From Lingula anatina (taxonomy: Eukaryota; Animalia; Brachiopoda): 64,000 nucleotides of DNA. The notes below the pieces were generated by a model. It was given only the letters and a program-made list of their open reading frames with translations. It was not told where the DNA came from and did no database searches. The stretch covers positions 4,774,001-4,838,000 of the forward strand of contig CM120642.1 in the NCBI GenBank assembly GCA_051362555.1. Reading direction: 5' to 3'. Below are positions 56,863 through 64,000 of this stretch, one piece after another. Position numbers and translations under genes: made by a program. The stretch's first letter is position 1, and the number at the start of each line of letters is the position of its first letter.

Positions 56863-57490
56863 ACCGATAACACGATAAGTGGAACACCGTTTTTGCTTTT
56901 GGCTTGAAACTTACAGAACTGGTGAATATTCCTAATACGCAGGTCAAGTTCGAAAATCAGCATGATCGGGCCATTTTTAGGGAAGTTATGCTGTTTTTTC
57001 ACTTTTTTCAGCATATATGCAGCACCGATAACACGATAAGTGGAAAACCATTTTACCTTTTGACTTGAAACTTGCAGAACTGATGAATATTCATAATACG
57101 CAGGTCAAGTTCGAAAATCAGCATGATCGGGTCACTTTTAGGTAATTTATGCTGTTTTTTCACTTTTTTCAGCATATATGCAGCACCGATAACACGATAA
57201 GTGGAAAACCATTTTACCTTTTGACTTGAAACTTACAGAACTGATGAATATCCATAATACGCAGGTCAAGTTCGAAAATCAGCATGATTGGGCTATTTTG
57301 AGGGAATTTATGCTGTTTTTTCACTATTTTCAATATAAATGCAACACTGATAACACAATATAAGAAAAACGGATTGGCCAATTGTAATTATACTCACAGG
57401 AGTGGTCAATCTTACTAAAACGCAGGTTGAGTTCGAAAATCAGCATAATCGGGCCATTATTTTAGAAGTTATACTGTTTTTTTCACATTT
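56863..57490. repeat. 161-bp tandem repeat, about 4 copies
   Basis: ACCGATAACACGATAAGTGGAA at 56863, 57024 and 57185, with a diverged copy at ~57346. Confidence 0.9.
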
Positions 57491-59311
57491 CCTCAGATTC
57501 AATTCTTAAGCATGTTAACAGTCTCATTATTGAACTAATAAGATACGTAAAAGTGTTTGTTTGACATTTCCTGCATCTTTACAACATTGTTAGTTGATTT
57601 TGTAAAAATGATGGTAAACTTGTTATCATGTATTGTGTAATAAAGTGTCAAAAATGGAAATAAACTCATATCATTGCAGTTTTTCAGATGCATTCATCCA
57701 CTATGTTCAGAATCTCAGAATGGAGTAGTTGGACATTTAACACTGTTCTATTGATACTTTTTCCATCTCATCAATTTTCTTCATTGGTCATATAAAAATG
57801 GCAGTAAACTGTTTATTTTGTTTTATGTTAAAAAAGTGTTAAAAATGGAAATAAACCCATTTCAGAACAGTGCTGTCTTGTTTACATTTTGGCATTTTCA
57901 AGGTGTGACTTTGAAGTTCCATGGGCCTGAAGACTTTTGCTAGTTACATTTTCTGAATAACCATGATACTAATATTTTATAATTAAAAATTGATGGTCAT
58001 TATGCTGTAAAACATTATGTAATATTGCATCAAAATTTGAAGAAACCCCTATTTTGGGCAGTGCTCCCATGATGACCATTTAAGGAAAATCATGTCACTT
58101 ACTGTTCTCAAACTTACAGGAAAGAAACATGGGACTAAAATACAGCTTCAGTAGGCAATGCAGTCTGTTTGGTAAATTTTTCTGGCAATTAAACAGTTTT
58201 TTGTGAAAATTTAATTTTTCACATATTGGCATTTCCAAGGTGTGACTTAGAACCTCCACGGGCTTGAAGACCCATGCTAGTCACATTTTGTGAAAATCCA
58301 TGACACTTATATTTTATTATTAAAAATCGATGGTCAGTATGCTGTTAAGCATTATGTAATGTTGCATCAAAATAGAAGAAAACACAATTTTTGGTGCTGC
58401 TGCCTTGATGACCATTATGGGAAAACCGTGTTACTTATGACTGTCAAACTTTCAAAAAAGAAACACAGGACTAAAATGCAGCCTGAGTTAGAAAAGCAGT
58501 CTAATTGGCTTTTTTTTCTGGAAGTTATACATTTTAGTGTAATATTCATTATCTTTTTGGCATATTCATTGTGGGACTCGGAGCTCCCATGGACATGAAG
58601 CCAAATGGTAATCATATTTTCTACATGTCCATCCTATTTATAGTCAATAAACAAAAATTGGTGATAATAATTCTCTAATTTATTATGTAATGTTACATCA
58701 AAATTGACAACAATCTTTTTGCACTGCTACTGCAAACATTATGAAAAGAAAACTGTGCTACTTATTATAATTTTAAACTTACAAGTACGATTTTTAGGAT
58801 TGGCCTTCAGCTCATGAGAAAACCAGCTCTATTGGATTATCATGTTTATTGTATTTATGCATTTTTTTGTGAAATTTTCATTTTTCTCATTCTGGCACTT
58901 TCTAAGTATAAACTTGAACTCTGATGGGACTGGAGCCTTATGCTTTTACTTTCGTCTGTGTTACCTGTTGTGCATAAGTTAATGTTGACTGTGCAGTTAA
59001 ACATGATGTATTATTGCATCAGGATTGGTAGTCTCCTATTTTGGGCATTATGGTTTTGTGCTTTTCTTAAGGTGTGACTTATGGGCCTGAAGACCTTTGA
59101 GTGGGTCAGTCTGTAAATTACCCTTGGGTATCACTAGATTAATTTCAGAGTTATAAAGTCATTTGCTTTAATAGGCCATTAAATGAGATTAGGCAAAGCA
59201 GACTTGTTGATATTTCCCTGTAAACTCCCAAAGGTAAAGCTCTCTGCTAGATTAATAATAAGGAAGCAGTGATAATTATGCAGGTAAATTTTGTTTAATA
59301 TTGCAAATAAG

Positions 59312-59312
<1 letters not shown>

Positions 59313-59383
<71 letters not shown>
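59313..59383. repeat. (TA)n microsatellite
   Basis: About 35 TA units. Confidence 0.95.
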
Positions 59384-59385
<2 letters not shown>

Positions 59386-59430
59386 AACTGGAAGATTAAA
59401 TGTTTGAATAGCATCTTCATTGGAATTATA

Positions 59431-59667
59431 TTTACCTCAAGCTCTGCCAAGGGGGTTATATTTTCACCCCTGTTTGTCTGTCATCCACATAACACAAAAA
59501 GTTATGGACCAATTTTGCAGAAATTTTCAGGAACTTTCGGAAGTGGGCCAAAGAGGACAATGATTAATTTTTGGTGGTGGTCCGGATCAATAATCAATCA
59601 ATTATCAATAATAATCAACAATTGCTGCTTTGGCAGAGGTCTGCACTCTCAAAGTGCTTTTCTAGTT
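59431..59667 (+). mobile_element. Short nested Helentron/Helitron-type non-autonomous element
   Basis: CTCTGCCAAG / TTTGGCAGAG subterminal IR, 3' GCACTCTCAAAGTGC hairpin and CTAGTT end. Confidence 0.65.
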
Positions 59668-59897
59668 TTGTTGTTTTCCTTTATAATTTTTTCTCAAACA
59701 CTTGCATTTGTGACTTTTAACTCTCATCTGCCTGGGGCTCGTCAGATTTTCTGTATTTCTACATAAGCAGTTGTATTGTTTTTTATGTCTTTAAACATTA
59801 TGTAATATTATTTTATGCACTGTCATCATTTTTCAAATATTGAGACTTTCATAATGTGAATTTGAACTCTCATGGTCCTGAAACTGTAATCTTATTG

Positions 59898-60064
59898 AAG
59901 GGGTGGATTGAGACCATCTTCTGGGTCTTCCGGAAGACAGTCAGGTTATTAAGTTTATATTGACTGGTATCTATTTTTTTCTGTTGGAAGACCATCAAAA
60001 TGGAGGATGGATCAACATAGATACTTTGTAATACTGTCAGAAAATACCTCTGGGTCTGCTCCTG
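59898..60064. mobile_element. MITE with 6-bp TSD TTATTG, same family as 26203-26352
   Basis: TTATTG on both flanks and internal similarity to the 26.2-kb copy. Confidence 0.7.
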
Positions 60065-61177
60065 TTATTGACCATGTTACCCGTTGTGCAAGATTAAAAT
60101 TCAGTGTTGACTGACAGTGCTATTATAAGCATTATTTATTATTGCATCAAAATTGAATGACCTTTTTTGCATCTTTATTTTCTGTTTTTTGTCTGTACAT
60201 TTGACAGCTTTGCTGCCTTGTTTAAAGATGTCAGGAGGTTGTGATTTTGTCTTTGTTGGTGTGTTAGCTTACAGATATGGATGGATTTTGTTAAAAAGTA
60301 TCTTCAGGCTGCCTTGGAGTCGATGGTATTCTAGTAGCAATCCATTAATTAATAATCAGTAATGAGAACTAAGCTCCCTCGGCAGAGGTCTGCTTTCCCC
60401 ACTTCTCTGTACAGCTTTATAAAAGACATTTCCTTGCAAATTATTGATAAAGTTATCATTTAAAAGTCGGCATAAGATAATGTTTGGTTATTATTTTGTA
60501 TTTTAAATATTTGTCTCTCAATATCGCCCCAAATTGAAATGTTTTCAATGCCAAAAATGAGTGTTACCAAACCCCTATCATTCGACCTATGACTGATAGT
60601 AAAATGTCTCATCAACGTTCTTTTGGCATATATATGGCCTAGGCAGATATGAAATCCGTCTAGACAAGATTTATTGTATCTTAAATTCGAACACGTAAAT
60701 TGAAAATCGGAGTACTGGATAGAAATATCGCATTGCGTAAAACTAATATGTCAGCAATATGTACGCAGCTTTTGCCTACATATATATATATATATATATA
60801 TATGCACCAACAGAAATAAGTCTCAATTGTTCAATTTAACAATAACTGTGTCACGCCAGTGAGACAAATAATGATGCACAAAATAAGTTGGCAGTCGATG
60901 CAGTTTTACATGATGCTAAACACCAAAATCAACACCAGACTTTAATAATGCATAACAGGTAACAGACATTTTCTGACGTTTTAGTGAAATGACAAATAAA
61001 ATTATATTTATGCGACTAAGATTTGTAAATAGCTTTATCAGTGAGCGAAAATGTTCTTAAACATAGTTTCCTTAACTGTTGGGGATTGTTTTCTTTCCTT
61101 TTAAATAATGTGTGAAATGAAAAATTGCATCACATAAGACTATTTTCTAATAATGATGATAATAATTTTTGTTAAAA

Positions 61178-62770
61178 AATGCAGAGTGGTCCCTTATGGT
61201 TTACAGGTGTTGTAATGGGATTTAACCTGAGTGAAGCGGAAGCTTTTGCAGGAATGTGGATCGTCAGTAAGATGCACCGCGGGGATTGGTAAGAAATTTG
61301 GTAAGAAAGCATCTGTAATGTAACTGTGATCGTTTGGTACGAATATTTTTTTTTTTTTTTTTGGGGGGGGGGGGTGAGAATACGATACAGGAGTTTCTGT
61401 GTCGAATCGCTGGTCTAAATGTATAGCGACTTCATATGTCATATTTTTAATTCAAGACTTTTGAGATTTGTTTTAAATTGCCATCACTCACGGTCGACAT
61501 GTACTTGTACTGCTTGGGTTTACTAGTATTATATAATACACCTGTCATCCGATTTGAATTTTAAAGAAAAGAAATAAAACAAATTTATTTGTGCCATGTA
61601 TAATGGAGATATATCAAAAACCACCCTACTTTTTTTTAAATTAGTACCTTTTTCGTGGAATGGTCATTTACTGATTTTACTGAGGAGATGAGGATATAAA
61701 CTTTGGCAAATTTCATTGAACAGGTACAAGCAAAGATATGTATTCATCGGCCTACACTCATTGTGTACAACATTGTGGCAGAGAAGAACTAAGCACATAC
61801 AACATTGGTCAAAAATGTTGTCCCACCTATAGTACCAATCCCCAAATAATCTGGACCAATTCCGCCAAGCTTTTTAGGCAGAAAGGGTCAATATCACACA
61901 AAACAGAATTTTAACCCTTGTTAAAGGCTTGTCGTGCCTACCGTAGATAATTGCAGTGCACAGTAGACACACACGCTATTAGACACGTGACCTTTAACGA
62001 GCGCATCCTACTGCTAATTTTGTGTTGATTTGGCGATATTTGGTGGCGTCTTTTCAATTTTATGGACAATTCATTATCTCTGTTGAAATCACTGCGAAAC
62101 AGTGGATTTGAGGGGGTGCATGGTTTAAATGCGAATAAATGGTATAAAAAATGGATATTTTCACCACTATTTGTATTTTTAACCATTATTTATCATGCTA
62201 GATGTGGTATAAAAAACTGGAATAAAAAGCGCTGCTAATAACAATTTACACCTGTGAGGTGACCATTTGTAAATAAAAGCACAAAGGATTGGGGGTGGGA
62301 CAACCTTTTTGACCAATGTTGTATGGGATAGAAACCTCGGCATTTTTTCTGGGGCAGATAAAGAGTGGGGCCCCAAAAACATTGAGTTTTACAGTGGAGT
62401 AATGGAAAACGTGTCATGTAACCAGCATCATCGCATAGGAAACGATCAAATTGGCAGAGGATTGAATGGTGCATGTATCTGCGTTTTTCTCGTGATGTGC
62501 AATTCGATCGCCTGCTTCAATATGACACCAAAATACACAGGGAAAGGATTTTTAAAGTTTGGATGGAGGGAAAATCGACCATGGTTGCCATGGGCAGGGC
62601 AAGAGAAATGGTCACCATTCTTGGTCCAGTTTACGATGAAATACCCCCTTTTATGACTACCTTTTTTTTTTTCATCTTAAGCGGCTTTTTGCCGATCCAC
62701 ATTCCTCCAAACGCTTCATTTTCACTCGGGTTAAACCCCATTATCACACCTGAAAACCCACTGCATTCTG
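61178..62770. repeat. Degenerate long inverted repeat (foldback-type relic)
   Basis: 61198-61280 is the imperfect reverse complement of 62680-62758. 61796-61827 is the reverse complement of 62294-62325. Confidence 0.65.
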
Positions 62771-64000
62771 CAATTAAAATAATAAATATTTTATATTACA
62801 CACTATAAAAGGAAATGCAAGAAAAAAGACTCTTTTCTCCAAAAACGGCATTGGACGTAGTTTAAGCAACATGATCGCGGAAAGCATTGTAAGTTTAGTT
62901 TACCTACAAATTTCCCCTGCAACTCGGCAATAAACGATATTTCTGGGTTGGATTCAAAAAGAGTCCTTACAACCTCTTGGGTGAGATTCCACGACTCTTT
63001 CTCTGATAAACGAGTCTTCAGGGTTCGTATGTTTCTCCCTAGTGTCTTGTAGGCCTTATGGTACGTAACGCACCACATTACTGCAGTGTGTATGTATTGC
63101 GGTTTTTGTTTTCCCTCAGACAGAATATTAAGACTGACAGAATTGCAAAATTGGTCATACCATAAAAAGTCTCTGACTGGCTAACGTCAATGGAGCTCAT
63201 ATTTGTGTAATACATTATCGCTTAAAGATGTTGCCACACCTTCAAAAATGCCTAATTTATGTTTTAAAATGCGACTCTCTATAGTTCTGAGATAGATTAA
63301 TTAATTAATTAAAAGTCCCATCTCTAGACATAAAATCAACACAGGCAAATCAAATCTGTGATGATTTATTTAATGTTTATTAACATGTCACCCCAAATTG
63401 GGTTGTTCTGAATACAGGCCCTACTTAAACAAAAATTAATATTGATACAAGTTTTTAAAATGTACACGCATTTATTTGAAAACACATCTATACTATCTAT
63501 ATCCACACTGAAGTAGTTCACGCAAGTGTCAAATACCATGCCTGCAGCTTTGCTTCAATTATTCTATTAGATTTCCTTTTTCCTCTAGATACATTTTGCA
63601 ATATGAGACCGTTCCGGGTGTTGGCAATACGCGTTTTACCTGTAAAATGGCCAGGGCTACATTACCAGTGGCAGCTCCCCTATGGAGAATTCATAGTTCA
63701 TCTGGATTCCCTAAGATTTCTGGCAATTTCTGATTTAGGGAGCCTTCATTATGGAACGCTAACATCTCGTCCCTTAAGCATACATCCGCCGCCCCTCGCA
63801 TACTCAAAGCTTTGGCAGGGAAAAGGTGTGGCTTCAACTACTCCAAACTTCTGCTCAATATTGCACGCTGTTATTGCCCAAAATGAGACATTTATTTGCA
63901 AATCCTTAACTACTATCCACCGTCACGCGCCCACCCTTTGATCAATGTTATGTTCAGATGTTCAGATGTTAGGCCTTTTTTTTAGCAATAGTGTATATAA

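Larger units (their letters stand above)
56753..60222 (+). mobile_element. Second non-autonomous Helentron-like element with internal tandem repeats and nested insertions
   Basis: 5' TTTTT-ATGTACAGACAC..GTGTCTGTACAT hairpin, (GTC/GCC)n microsatellite and tandem repeats. 3' subTIR TGTCTGTACAT (60190-60200), short hairpin and CTTGTT end. Confidence 0.7.

Noticed and set aside
56793-57014. ORF ending in DGDDGDD repeats
   Set aside because: Translation of the (GTC/GCC)n microsatellite in the Helentron-like element.
63603-63941. 112-aa + ORF, and a - strand peptide PCQSFEYARGGGCML faintly like a PAN/apple motif
   Set aside because: No convincing splice structure or full Cys pattern. It may be UTR or decayed sequence of a gene beyond the window.

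Overview
AT-rich, intron-rich animal DNA. The repeat types suggest a marine invertebrate, possibly a mollusc or other lophotrochozoan (inference). It is not prokaryotic, and I found no CRISPR, rRNA or tRNA. Four spliced genes can be rebuilt by hand with GT-AG introns and consistent reading phase. RAPGEF1/C3G (+, shared exons 10196-22522) has two candidate alternative first exons and a candidate 30-nt microexon. PHYHD1 (-, 25563-31239) lies tail-to-tail with RAPGEF1 and head-to-head with PPT2. Two intact tandem PPT2-like lysosomal thioesterase paralogs follow (+, 31530-36424 and 37933-55910). Intron 1 of the second PPT2 holds a complete, very young 8.5-kb Ty3/Gypsy element on the - strand. It has apparently identical 302-bp LTRs, a CGTG TSD, a PNMA-like gag, a UUUAAC slippery site plus H-type pseudoknot, a degenerate dUTPase-like insert in pol, a 2.3-kb leader and tandem E-boxes in the LTR. 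Other repeats are a decayed Academ-like DNA transposon, two satellite-carrying non-autonomous Helentron-like elements and several MITEs. I see no clearly new biological system. The best leads are the Gypsy element's architecture, the MHC-paralogon-type gene linkage and the RAPGEF1 isoform structure. All coordinates were read by eye and may be off by a few bases.
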